64,000 nt of DNA from Podospora anserina (taxonomy: Eukaryota). Shown piece by piece: positions 1-11,679 of this stretch. The translations under genes and the position numbers were made by a program. The notes under the pieces were generated by a model, which was given only the letters and a program-made list of their open reading frames with translations, did not search any database and was not told where the DNA came from. The stretch lies in the NCBI GenBank assembly GCA_017654855.1, contig CM030332.1, positions 3,162,001-3,226,000 on the forward strand. The letters run 5' to 3'. Position 1 is the first letter of the stretch; every line of letters starts with the position of its first letter.

Positions 1-1318
1 CGGCATTCGCTATTGATTCAACAACTGATTTTTTTTGGGAGTACTACAACACTAAGACGGACCTACCGCCGCATGGACAGGGATCAAGCAATTAAGTCTG
101 GAGACGCCGTTGCAAAGCCGTCATGGTCGCCACGTTACCTGCCTCCCGCCTGGCTGATCTGCGGAGCCTAGAAACCCACCGCCCGGCGGCATGGGTGTGG
201 TTGGTGAGCTCGAGGTTGCACGGAATTCCATCCTTGCCTCAAAATCTTTACTTTCTCTATCACAATTTTCATATGACACGGGCTGGCCACGTGCTGACCA
301 CGATGAAAACAGGGGGGTGTGGCAGAACAGCTGTGTCTAGACCTCAAAGCGGCGTCTCCTGGGGAATTAACTGCGGTGCATCGCGGCAATATCAACAAAA
401 GTCGTCAACTCGATCCCAGGGACAGTCACGCAGTTTCCTGCTGCTTGGCATCGTTCAGGGATTCAAGATGCCCCAGGCTTGGCCTTGCCAGGGAGCCCAC
501 AGTTGTTTACACCCCCCACTCGGCCAAATCCCCCCTGCCTGCCTGTCAGAACAAGCGTCTTATGCAATAATCGTTGCGGGTCGTCCTGTCCTTTAAGCTG
601 GATAGCAAACAATGCTACCGCTCATACGGTCCGTTCCTACCGACATGGCTATTCTCACCCGAGGGCAACAATCAAAAAGATCACGGACAGGTCCCATCAA
701 GTGACGCGACCGCCCTGATCTCTCACTCCCGTTTCCACTCACACTCCCCACGCTGCGGCGCCGTTCGGACATCCTGGTTGAACCTGGGTGCCTTGCTCTC
801 ACACGCCCGCCATTGCTCGAGGACGTGACATATACAAGCGGTATCTTTTGGCTGTGATGTCTCCTCAAAGGTTCATCAACCGAGTGTCCCCCCCTCTCAC
901 AGGGATACCATCCCCCCAAGTCTGGTCCCTACTCCGTTTGTACTCCACGGACCTAACCTCTTCCTTGTAATAACGCCCCATGAGGTCCCCCATTGAGCCG
1001 TTTTCGATATCTCACGGGTAATGTTCGGGAAAGAGACTCGGCCATCTTGATCCCCTTGAGGGTGTTGCCCGACTTATATACGATTCGGTGCTCCCTCTTT
1101 TGCAGTTTGTCCCAAGTGGGAATAAACGAGATAGACAGCCGTGCTGTGACTCTACTTTCTTCGACGCATGATACGAGCTTGATCTTTGATAAGTTCAAGC
1201 CTCGATCCCCAATCTCGAACCTCTCTCTCATCTTTGTTCCACCCCCTTTCCCAGGCTGGCGTGGCTTCCGTCCCTTTCCCCATTTGGTTCCAGAAGAGTG
1301 AAGAAGAAGAGAGCCAAG

Positions 1319-4300
1319 ATGACGACCATCACGCCCGTGGGGAGCCTTGAAATCAGCCCGGCCACCAGCCCAGGCATTGAAGACCCCAATGCCTCTCCCA
1401 TCGGCAGTATCGATAGCAATGTGACCCCGGACACTGAGTTCTCACCGCCTGACAGCCCGTTTCGGCACCACGCTACCTTAGCTCCCGTCAAGGAGAAGCG
1501 GGAGCTGGCGAGGAAGAAACTTTCGACCTTGACCCTTGAGGAGAAGGTGGGGTCTACCAGTTTTCCAGCGAGAGGACTTTATGCTGACGTCGAACAGGTC
1601 TCCTTGCTAACCGCCGCAGACTTTTGGAGAACCAAGTCGATTCCGGAGAAGAACATTCCTGCAGTGAAGACCAGTGACGGGCCCAATGGTGCTCGTGGTG
1701 GCATTTTCGTGGGTGGAACAAAGGTAGGCTAACGCCCCTGGGGTTGGTTGTCTCCCTCGCTGTTGCGCTAACACTGTTGGCAGGCAGCCCTCTTCCCCTG
1801 CGGCATCTCGCTGGCAGCAACGTGGAACAAGGACATCCTCCGTCAGGTCGGTCAGCACCTTGCTGAGGAGGCGAAGGCTCGTCAGGCCAACATACTGCTT
1901 GCACCTACTGTGTGCATGCACAGACACCCACTTGGTGGAAGGAACTTTGAATCTTTCTCTGAAGACCCCCTTTTGACTGGCAAGCTTGCTGCTCAGTACA
2001 TTCAAGGTCTTCAGGAGAATGGAGTGGCTGCTACCATCAAGCGTCAGTACCTACATATTCAACAATCTTGGAGACTGAAACTGACCAGATCTAGACTTTG
2101 TTGGCAACGAGCAGGAAACCCACCGGTTGACAATCGACTCCAAGATTGCCGAGAGGCCTCTTCGCGAGATCTACCTCCGTCCCTTCGAGATCGCGGTCCG
2201 CGAGGCCAAGCCATGGGCTGTCATGTCCTCATACAATCTGGTGAACGGTGTTCATGCCGATATGAACGAGCATCTCCTCAAAGATATTCTCCGTGGAGAA
2301 TGGCAATTTGACGGGTGAGTGGCAACTTTGATTATCGGAGCCAAGCGATAAGCGAGCACGATCAACTGACCGACCCCTCCTGCAGAGCCGTCATCTCGGA
2401 CTGGGGCGGCACCAACTCTACGGCGGAATCTGTCAAGCATGGGTGTGACATCGAGTTCCCCTACTCGACCAAATGGCGCTTTGAAAAGGTGCTCGAGGCT
2501 ATCAAGGATGGCAAGCTCACCGAGGCTGATGTTGACCGAGCAGCCGAGAATGTGCTTACCCTTGTCGAGCGCGTCAAGGGCAGCGATATGACTGCTGAAG
2601 CAGAGGAACGCGAGGATGATCGGCACGAGACAAGAGAGCTTATCCGCGAGGCGGGCGTTCAGGGTCTTGCACTTCTCAAGAACGAGAGGTCTATTCTGCC
2701 TATCAACCCCAAGACGGCCAAGGTTGCTGTCATTGGTCCTAACGCCAACAGGGCCATCGCCGGTGGTGGTGGAAGCGCCAGTCTTAACCCTTACTACAAC
2801 ACCCTTCCCCTTGATAGCATCCGAAGGGTTGCTCAACAGCCTGTCACTTATGCTCAGGGATGTCACATTCACAAGTGGCTCCCTGTGGCATCTCCTTACT
2901 GCAGCGATAGGACTGGGAAGCAGGGTGTGACAATCGAGTGGTACAAGGGAGATCAGTTCCAAGGCCAGCCTGTTGTCACCCAGAGGCGGAGCAACACTGA
3001 CTTGTTCCTTTGGGATTCGGCGCCTCTGGCTCAGGTTGGCCCGGAATGGTCGGCTATCGCCACGACCCATCTCACGCCGACTACTACTGGCAAGCACACC
3101 ATCTCGTTCATGTCTGTCGGCCCAGGCAAGCTCTTTGTCAATGGTCGACTTGCGCTTGATCTTTGGGACTGGACAGAGGAAGGGGAGGCCATGTTTGATG
3201 GGTCTATCGACTATCTCGTCGAGGTTCAGATGGAGGCCGGCAGACCGGTGGAGCTTCGCGTCGAGATGACCAACGAGCTCCGGCCTATTGCCAAGCAGAA
3301 GCAGTTCAACATGACGCACAAGTACGGTGGTTGCCGTATCGGCTTCAAGGAGGAAGACCAGGTTGACTACCTCCAGGAAGCGGTCGATGCTGCCAAGGCT
3401 GCCGATGTCGCTGTTGTTATCGTTGGTCTGGATGCCGAGTGGGAGTCTGAGGGGTATGATCGTCAGACTATGGACCTGCCTTCTGATGGGAGCCAGGATC
3501 GTCTTGTGGAGGCTATTGTCAAGGCGAACCCGAACACGGTTGTGGTGAACCAGTCCGGGTCACCGGTGACGATGCCTTGGGCTGATAGGGTGCCTGCCAT
3601 TATCCAGGCTTGGTATCAGGGGCAGGAGGCGGGGAATGCGCTGGCTGATGCGCTGTTTGGGTTGAAGAATCCTAGTGGGAAGTTGCCTGTAGGTTTCTAC
3701 CCCCTATTCATCACCATATATATGCGAGCGAGTATGTTGCTAACGAAATCATCAGTGCACCTTTCCCAAACGCCTCCAAGACACGCCCGCCTACCACAAC
3801 TGGCCGGGCGAGAACCTCGAGGTCGTTTACGGCGAGGGTCTCTACATTGGCTACCGGCACTACGACCGGACAAAGATTGCTCCTTTGTTCCCCTTTGGTC
3901 ACGGGTTGTCTTACACCACCTTTGAATACGGGCGTCCCTCCCTCAGCTCCAAGGTCCTCACCCCCGACAACACCATCGAGCTTACTGTCGCGGTTAGCAA
4001 CATCGGTGACGTTGCCGGGTTGGAGACGGTGCAGATCTATGTGAGGGATGAGAAGAGCAGGTTGCCAAGGCCGGAGAAGGAGCTGGCGGCGTTTGAAAAG
4101 GTGGAGTTGGAGGCTGGGGAGACGAAGCATTTGAGGATAGGGCTGGATAAGTATGCGGTTGGGTATTTCGACACGAGTTTGGGGAGGTGGATTGCTGAGG
4201 AGGGGAGGTTTGAGGTGCTTGTGGCGGCGAGCGCGGAGGATGTCAAGTATGTTTTGATCTCTCCCCCCCCTTTCATTTTTACTGTTTTGTGTTTGACATG

Positions 4301-4368
4301 GAGCTGACATGGTGATTAGGTACTCTGTTGGGTTTGAGGTCAAGGAGTCGTTTACTTGGGTGTTTTAG
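1319..4368 (+). CDS. GH3 beta-glucosidase with PA14-like insert and C-terminal Fn3-like domain; multi-exon, no signal peptide (likely intracellular)
   Basis: Motifs KTSDGPNGARG, GGRNFESFSEDP, WAVMSSYN, VISDWGG (nucleophile Asp), ESEGYDR, FPFGHGLSYTTF, ETVQIYV. ATG at 1319. Final exon YSVGFEVKESFTWVF ends at TAG 4366-4368. About 6 GT-AG introns. Confidence 0.93.
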
Positions 4369-6542
4369 ACGTCCTCCTCGAGAAGTGGACTCTTTTCTTT
4401 TTCTCGGTTTCTTCTTTTTCGATACCTTCTTTTCGGCATTGCATTATTTCGAGAGATTTTGTTTTTTTACTTTCTTTTTCTTCACTTTTTCAAAGGGCAT
4501 GGCACCGACAACCCCTGGGAAGACTACCTACTAGGGGTCACTGTTTGGTTTTTGCCTATGTAATGGGAACAGGGATGGATGGATATGGGTCACATCACTG
4601 GATAGGTAGTTATCGCTGCAGGACCTCCCTCCCCGACTGATGAAGGTTTTTTTTGGGGGGGTTGGGGGAACGGAGGGTGGGGAAATTCGGGAACGCAGGT
4701 AACGATGGGGGTCCCTTTTTCGCTATTCTGGTTGTTCGACTAAGTAGGCTTCGTCATTGTATATGGCACCGCCCGCCCTCTTGTAGCAGGGGGGGAGGGG
4801 CGTGGGGAGGGTTGTCTGCAGCGAGGGAAGAAAAAGACGGAAGGAAGATGCCTAAGGGCTGGTCTGGGTTGGATAGTATCCTGAAGCTTACCCACCAACG
4901 TTGTTGTGTTGCATTCACTACATTTGCTCCCACCCACACATGACATGTGCTTTGTCTTGATGCTCCGTGTAGTGAGGAGCATATCATGATAAATAACCCG
5001 GAGGACGGTAGCGAAGGTGGTGATGGTGTGCTTGTATACTGGTCTTTGGCTTGCTTGTAGTGTGTTGTGTAGCAGTAACTCTTCGAGGAGGCTCTTGACT
5101 GGAAGTGTCTCCAATGACAACGGGTTATATCATGGCCAAGATCCGGAATGGCACCGGATAGGTTGTGTGGCGCTGGTCACGATGTCGTAGTGAGTAGAGA
5201 GGCTATATAGGCTTACCAGACTTCTGGAGAGGTCCAGGTGTGCTATTTAGGGTGTGGGGCTATCTGTGATCATGAAGTTTAATATACCCCCACGGATAGT
5301 CTCCGAGGAGGACGTCTGCTTGTTGAATTGGAGTTGAAGAGGATGTGAGGCAAGGTGTGATGGGTAATATATTTCGGGACTGTCATGTGTGAGCTCCGTT
5401 CATCTCGTGTCCATCTGAATAGGCTTGTGGGGTCGTAGCTAGGTGGTGATGGATATGCTTAAACTAGAGTGCTGCCTAGACCTCGACTTTAAGCATACCC
5501 TTATGTTTTGTTGCTACCTGTGTTTGATATAGCAATTTTTGCGATCATTGAGATGATGAGCCAGTAGGTCTGTTGGATAATCAAAGGACCGCAAAGTGCT
5601 CCGTAGACCTGAGAAATTCGTGTCGTTTATTTAGCACGGCAGTGGGAATCTTGTTTCAGAGTGACGTTTCTGTTTTGTGACTCCGCCTCTCTGCTCAATC
5701 AACGAACCCCTGGGCTCCATTTCAACGACGCTCATGATGATGATGGGCGGATGTGCACCTATCATTGCGCACTCAGAAAGATTGGTGAGTTACCTCCGGA
5801 AAACGGAGACGAAAATCCATGTTGGCTGTCACACTGCAAAAACAAAACGCTGCTGTGTGACGCTGTTGAGAGTTTATACACTTTGCAGACCAGCATAATG
5901 CAAATGGTGGTGGTGGTTGGTGGAGAAAAGGGGGTCAACCGAGAAGCCCAAGATGCTGGGTCTGGCCACGCTTCAGCTGAGGCTAACATCGGGGACAGGG
6001 GGGCCTTTTGTTCCGATCCACTAATCTTCCATCTCCCACGTCTCCGCAACTGGAGCCGTTCCGTCGACAGGGGGTTAAACGAACGTCTGCCGTGGTCAGC
6101 AGCTTTGAGTTTGCCTTTTCCATCCTGCCATTTCTTTCTTTGTTTTTTTCTTATTATTTTTTCTTTTTGCTGAAAAGGAGAAGAGAAACGGGCGGTTATA
6201 CTAAACGGAGCTATTTTCGATTGATTTTGGGAATTGAGTTCATCCCGTTTCCAGAATACACACACACTCGACGGAAGACACGGATAAAACGGCCCTGCAC
6301 TTGTCTAATTTACGGATACCCTTTCCCCGCGTTTACGCACCCGACCTGAACCTTACCTTGGGGAGCCCGGCAGAAACCACCGTTTCCCATCTTCCCGGAT
6401 CGACGAACCTTTCCCACGAAACCCTAGATCCTAGATCCCGAGCGTCACCGGACCGAGAATCACCTCTATCCCCTGCCGAACGAAAGAACACTTAACGGTT
6501 GCAGCAGCAGGGGCATGGCTGCTACCACCTCGCATCATCGTC

Positions 6543-8739
6543 ATGGCCCGGCCGTATAACTATGGCGGCGGCAGCTACAAGCCAAAGCAGCAATCCACCA
6601 ACAGCTGGAATCAACACGCCTACGGCTACTCGTCCAATTTCTTCAGTGGGGACGGTTCCAGCAATAATGGCAACAACACCTCCCTCGTCGAGGACTTTGT
6701 GGCCTTTGTGAAAAAGGCCCTCCGGGCTATGGTCAAGTTCTGGCGCGAACGTGGCCGGCGGATGGTGGTTACGGCGATTTATAATACGGTGCACCAAATA
6801 AAGAGGAATTTGACGTATAATCGGATACTCAGCGTTCCGCATTTGCTGGTTGGGTTCTGGGTTGTGGTGTTGCTTTGGGGGGAGAGATGGACTTTCCATT
6901 CCATGGTGGAAAACTGCGCGTGGGAGAATTGGGAGAACTGGGTATGTTTTTCCCTTTTGCTACTTCTGGCAGGCAGGGTGGCATGTGTGCTAACCATGAC
7001 AACAGCCCGCCGGCGCCCAACCCCACCGCGTAGCCCTCGTTGCCGACCCCCAGCTCATCGATCCTCATTCTTACCCTGGCCGACCATGGCCAATACAAGC
7101 CCTGACGATTAAGTTGACGGACAACTACATGAAGCGTGGGTATGGTCAGCTTCAGGAGCAGCTCGACCCCGACAGTGTCTTCTTCCTCGGTGACCTCTTT
7201 GACGGCGGCAGAGAATGGAAGACGGCCCACGGCGACTTTAGAGACCCCTCGTGGGGACCACACCCGAAATCGGAACAGAAATACCTAAAGAGCTGGAACA
7301 AACACTATGGGGAGTTTTACTGGCTGAAGGAGTATGGCCGGTTTGGGGAGATATTCATCAAGCCGTGGATCAAGTCCGGGATGGAATCCGGCAAGGAACA
7401 CAAGCGCAGGAAGTTCGTCACGAGCTTACCAGGAAATCACGACTTGGGGTTTGGGGCGGAGATCAAAGTCCCCGTGAGGAACCGATTCGAGACGTACTTT
7501 GGGGAAGGGAACAGGGTGGATGTTGTGGGGAATCACACGTTTGTTTCGGTCGACTCGGTGTCGATGAGTGCGGAAGTGTCGCCCGAGGCGGCGAGACATG
7601 ACCTCAAGCCGATTTACATGCCTACCAAGATCTTTCTGGATAGGCTGCAATGGCTGAAGCCGATCGCGGTGGAGAAGGAGCTGAGGATGATGAGAGGGGA
7701 GGTGCCGGAGGTGCAGTTTAAGCACAGGATTGAGGAGGTGGATAAGGCGAATTTCAAAGACAAGCCCAGTCTTGGTACTGAAAAGACGCCGGAGCTGCCG
7801 ACGATTCTGCTGAGCCATGTCCCGCTTTATCGACCGCCTGGGACGCCCTGCGGCCCGCTGAGGGAGAGACACCCCCCTGCGAAACCACCAAAGGGACAGA
7901 CGGGGTCGGTGGTGCCTGATCATGGGAACGCTATTTCTGTTTCGAGGGGGTATCAGTATCAGAACGTGCTTGACGAGCAGCAGTCGATTAGTTTGTTGAA
8001 GAAGGTTGGCAATGTGGTTCACGCCTTTTCGGGGGATGATCATGACTATTGCGAGCTGGTGCACTCTGAGGAGCAGCGGAGGGTTAAGGAGATCACGGTG
8101 AAGAGTATCAGCATGGCGATGGGGGTGAATAAACCGGGGTTTGTCCTGGTTAGTCTGTGGAACCCACTGGACAGCGGGGGGAAGCCGCTTAATCCGGATC
8201 AGAAGCAGACGCTGCAGACGCACTTGTGCATTTTGCCTAGTCAGTTGAGCACGTATATTCGCTACGTGGGGTTTGCGATCATTTCGGTTATCATTTTGGT
8301 GGTGAGGGCGTTCTTGGTGCCGGTTTTGAAGCTCACGCCTTTTGCGCTGGAGCCGGAGGTGCAGGGGGTGCAGTATAGGGGGAGTGCACTGCTGCCTGTG
8401 TTCAAGGCAAAGGTGGAGGATTATGATGAGTTTAGGTTTCCTTCTAGTGGGCTGGGGTCTTCGAGAAGTGGTGGGGGGAAGGGGAGGGATAGGAGTGGTT
8501 CGAGTGTTGGTGGACATGGACATAGCAGGGAGAAGAGCAAGGGGAAGTGGAGGGGGCAGCCGAGGATAGAGATTAGGAGCGATGAGAGGGAGGAGGAGAA
8601 GTGGAGGCCGAAGGGGAGGGGGATGGGTTATAACAAGGGAAAGGATACGGTTGCGGCGGTGGTGGTGAGGGAGATGTGGACTACGATTTGGAGGGCGACG
8701 TGGATGGTTTTGGGGTGGTTTGGGTGGTTGAACTGGTAG
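6543..8739 (+). CDS. CDC1: Cdc1/PGAP5(MPPE1)-like metallophosphoesterase, ER membrane
   Basis: ADPQLID, FLGDLFDGG, LPGNHD, LLSHVPL and SGDDHDYC motifs. N- and C-terminal hydrophobic helices. Intron 6942-7005. Confidence 0.85.
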
Positions 8740-9555
8740 GGGGGGTAATGTATATTTTCTGGGGGGGGGAGAGGAGAGCTTTTGTATAAATTGAACACAG
8801 GAGGTGAAGCAGAAAGAGGGGGGGCATATATGTATGGGTTTGTGATTTTGAAGTGATATATATATATTGGTGTCTGGGTAGCATATTTTATGGATGGCAT
8901 GGTGGTTTTTTCAACAGTGCGGCTCAGTGGTGTTCGGCTGCTGTTACCTCTTCTGCTACCGGTGCTTATCCTGGGATTTAAGAGAGATTTGACCCTAGAT
9001 CTCATGACCTGACTTGATGATGATGAGCAACGCGCGGGCAGGCTTTCGATTGGCACTTTGTGCGAGGGTGGAGAGGTGTAGGTTACATGCTTGCGAAACA
9101 GACGCCTTGGAAGGAGGAGACGCGATCGAATTGCACCGTCACGCTTTCAGCGCGTCAAGTTCGCAACCGCGTTTAAAGTGGTTTTGTAGGTTGCAGGGGT
9201 GCACGATTGGGCGGTTGGCTGAGGGGGAGCTGCCAATGAGAATTCAGCCCTGTCGTGTGACGAGACAACGGGTGCATTTTTTTGCTGCAGGCACGCAGGA
9301 GGGAGCCGAGAGGGGGAGACGTGACGTGACGTGACGAAGGTGGAATGATAATGGGATTGTCTTGATATGGGGGAGTTATGACGAGTTGATATAGTGGGAA
9401 AGAGGGTTCAATTGGATAAGATACAAGCATAAAAACCGGGCTGGAAGTTCAAGATTTCAAGAATTTCAAGATCTGGAAACTACCCCGGACCCGGACCCCG
9501 ATCGATGGCACCCACGTGACGTGTTAATTGATTTAAGTTTTTGACGCCAAAAGAC

Positions 9556-9570
9556 CGCGTCTTTTCGCGT
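9556..9570 (-). promoter_or_regulatory. Tandem MCB/SCB-like (ACGCG / ACGCGAAA) elements upstream of UNG1
   Basis: Plus strand CGCGTCTTTTCGCGT reads ACGCGAAAAGACGCG on minus. Lies upstream of a replication-associated repair gene. Confidence 0.4.
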
Positions 9571-10382
9571 ATCACAATGCGAGGGATAAATAAAGAAAAG
9601 AGGAAGCACTTAACTTAAATAGGGATGATCAAAACAGGATACCCCATTGTTCAGCCAGCCATCTGCATTTTTGAACTTGTCCTGATTTGTATAGTATTCC
9701 TTGTTTGCAAGGGCTGGCAGGCAGCAGCAGGATTTCCTTCCTGGGAGCGAGCGCGGCTGTTTGACCCTTTTTTTGTTGAAAGGTGATTAATCAATCGACT
9801 GTGCCTGGGACAACAACAGCTTGGACCTCCTCTTTGCGACCTCCTCCTTGACCTTGTCTTGTATCCAGCAGTGCTTGCTTGGTGTTTGGCGTGAAAGATA
9901 AACAATCCAATCGCAACTTCCTTCCTCTTTTTTTCTTCAGATTTCTCCACACAGCTTACACCGACTTTGAGCTTGTCTGTGCCTTTGTTGTCTTGTCAAC
10001 GACGGCCCTTTTTCTCCCTCTCTCACTCTTCGACTTTGACTTTTTTTTTCTTTTTCACTTTGACCTTTTGATCTCGACTTTGCGTTGAGGAATCGAAAAA
10101 TCTCACGACTTTATACAATATTACTTTCTGTAGCCCTTTTGAGGGGAGGGGGGGGTATCACCAGTGACAATAGCTTCGTTATCAAAGACTCTCCCTCGAC
10201 AACTTTTCACCTTTACAACCTCTTTGTTTTCTTCTTCCCTTCTTCACCGACTACTATTACTCCGTCTCCGCCGACATATCCCAGCAACGACTCCACCACA
10301 ACCTCACCGTCACCGCCTTCTTGTCCTCACCACAAACCCACCTCGATCAGTCCCTTCCTTTTTCGCCTCTTCTCTTCTCACA

Positions 10383-11679
10383 ATGTCGACCCTCAAACGC
10401 AAAGCCGGCGCCCAAACAGGCGGAGCCGACGCGAAAAAGGTCAAGCAAGGAAGCATCATGTCTTTCTTCGGGAGCTCCCCGGCGGCGAAACCGTCAGCTA
10501 CCAACAGCTCCGGCCTCCCCACCACCCCCAACTCATCCTTCACCGCGCCCACCGACCCAGCCGCCGCGAGGTTTGACAAGGACAAATGGGTGGCCACCCT
10601 GACGCCAGAGCAGAAAAGGCTGCTGCAGCTCGAGATTGACACCCTTGACGAGAGCTGGCTGGTGCACCTGAAGGATGAAATCGTCACAAAGGAGTTTTTG
10701 GATCTAAAGAGGTTTTTGGAGAGGGAGTATGCTGCTGGAAAAAAGATTTTTCCCCCAAAGGAGGATATTTACTCTTGGTATTGTTTCCCCCCTCTTTCCT
10801 TCATCCCCATCCATCCCTTGCTAACATTATAATGATCACAGGTCCCGACACACCCCCTTCACAACCACACGGATTGTAATTCTCGGTCAAGACCCCTACC
10901 ACAACCACAACCAAGCCCACGGTCTGGCGTTTAGTGTCCTCCCCCCTACTCCTGCGCCCCCTTCGTTGAAAAACATATATACCTGCCTCGGAAAAGACTA
11001 CCCCTCGTTCAACCCGCCCCCCAACAAGGCCGGGCTGTTGACTCCCTGGGCCAAACGTGGGGTTCTCATGCTCAACACGTGCCTTACCGTCCGCGCTCAC
11101 GAGGCAAACTCGCATTCCAACCGCGGCTGGGAAAAGTTTACGCAAAAGTGCATTGATCTCGTCGCCGCCAAGCGAACAACGGGAGTGGTTTTTTTGGCGT
11201 GGGGCACGCCGGCTGGGAAGAGGGTGCTAAAGGTTGATCAGAAGAGGCATCTGGTGCTGAAGAGTGTGCACCCTTCTCCGCTGAGCGCGTCGAGGGGGTT
11301 TTTTCAGTGTGGGCACTTTAGGAAGGCGAATGAGTGGCTCGGCGAGAGGTATGGGCTGAAGGGGAGGGTGAACTGGGCGCTGAATGAGGGGGAGAGTGTC
11401 TTGGAGAGTGACGAGCCGAGTCCGAGGCCGAGGGTGGAGAAGGGGGAGGTTGCGAAACGGGTGGAGGAGGTGGTGAGGGGGGCGGTTATGGGACGGAGGG
11501 TGGATTTGAATGAGATTGCTAGGGGGTTAAGTAGGAGTCCGAAGGGGGGGAGTTGTTCGCCAAAGGAGGAGAAGGGGAAGAAGAAGGAGGAGGAGGTGGA
11601 GGGGGATGATGATGGGGAGAATGTGGATCCGGGGGAGGAGGAGGAGTGGGATGCTTTGATGAGGGAGAAGGGGTTGTAA
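10383..11679 (+). CDS. UNG1: Uracil-DNA glycosylase (family 1)
   Basis: ILGQDPYH, GVLMLN, AHEANSH, VFLAWG and HPSPLS motifs. PIP-box-like QGSIMSFF and basic NLS at the N-terminus. Intron 10778-10841. Confidence 0.96.

Noticed and set aside
4680..4695. GGGAAATTCGG resembling RNase P CR-I
   Set aside because: No matching CR-V/P4 partner seen; lies in the G-rich 3' flank of the GH3 gene.
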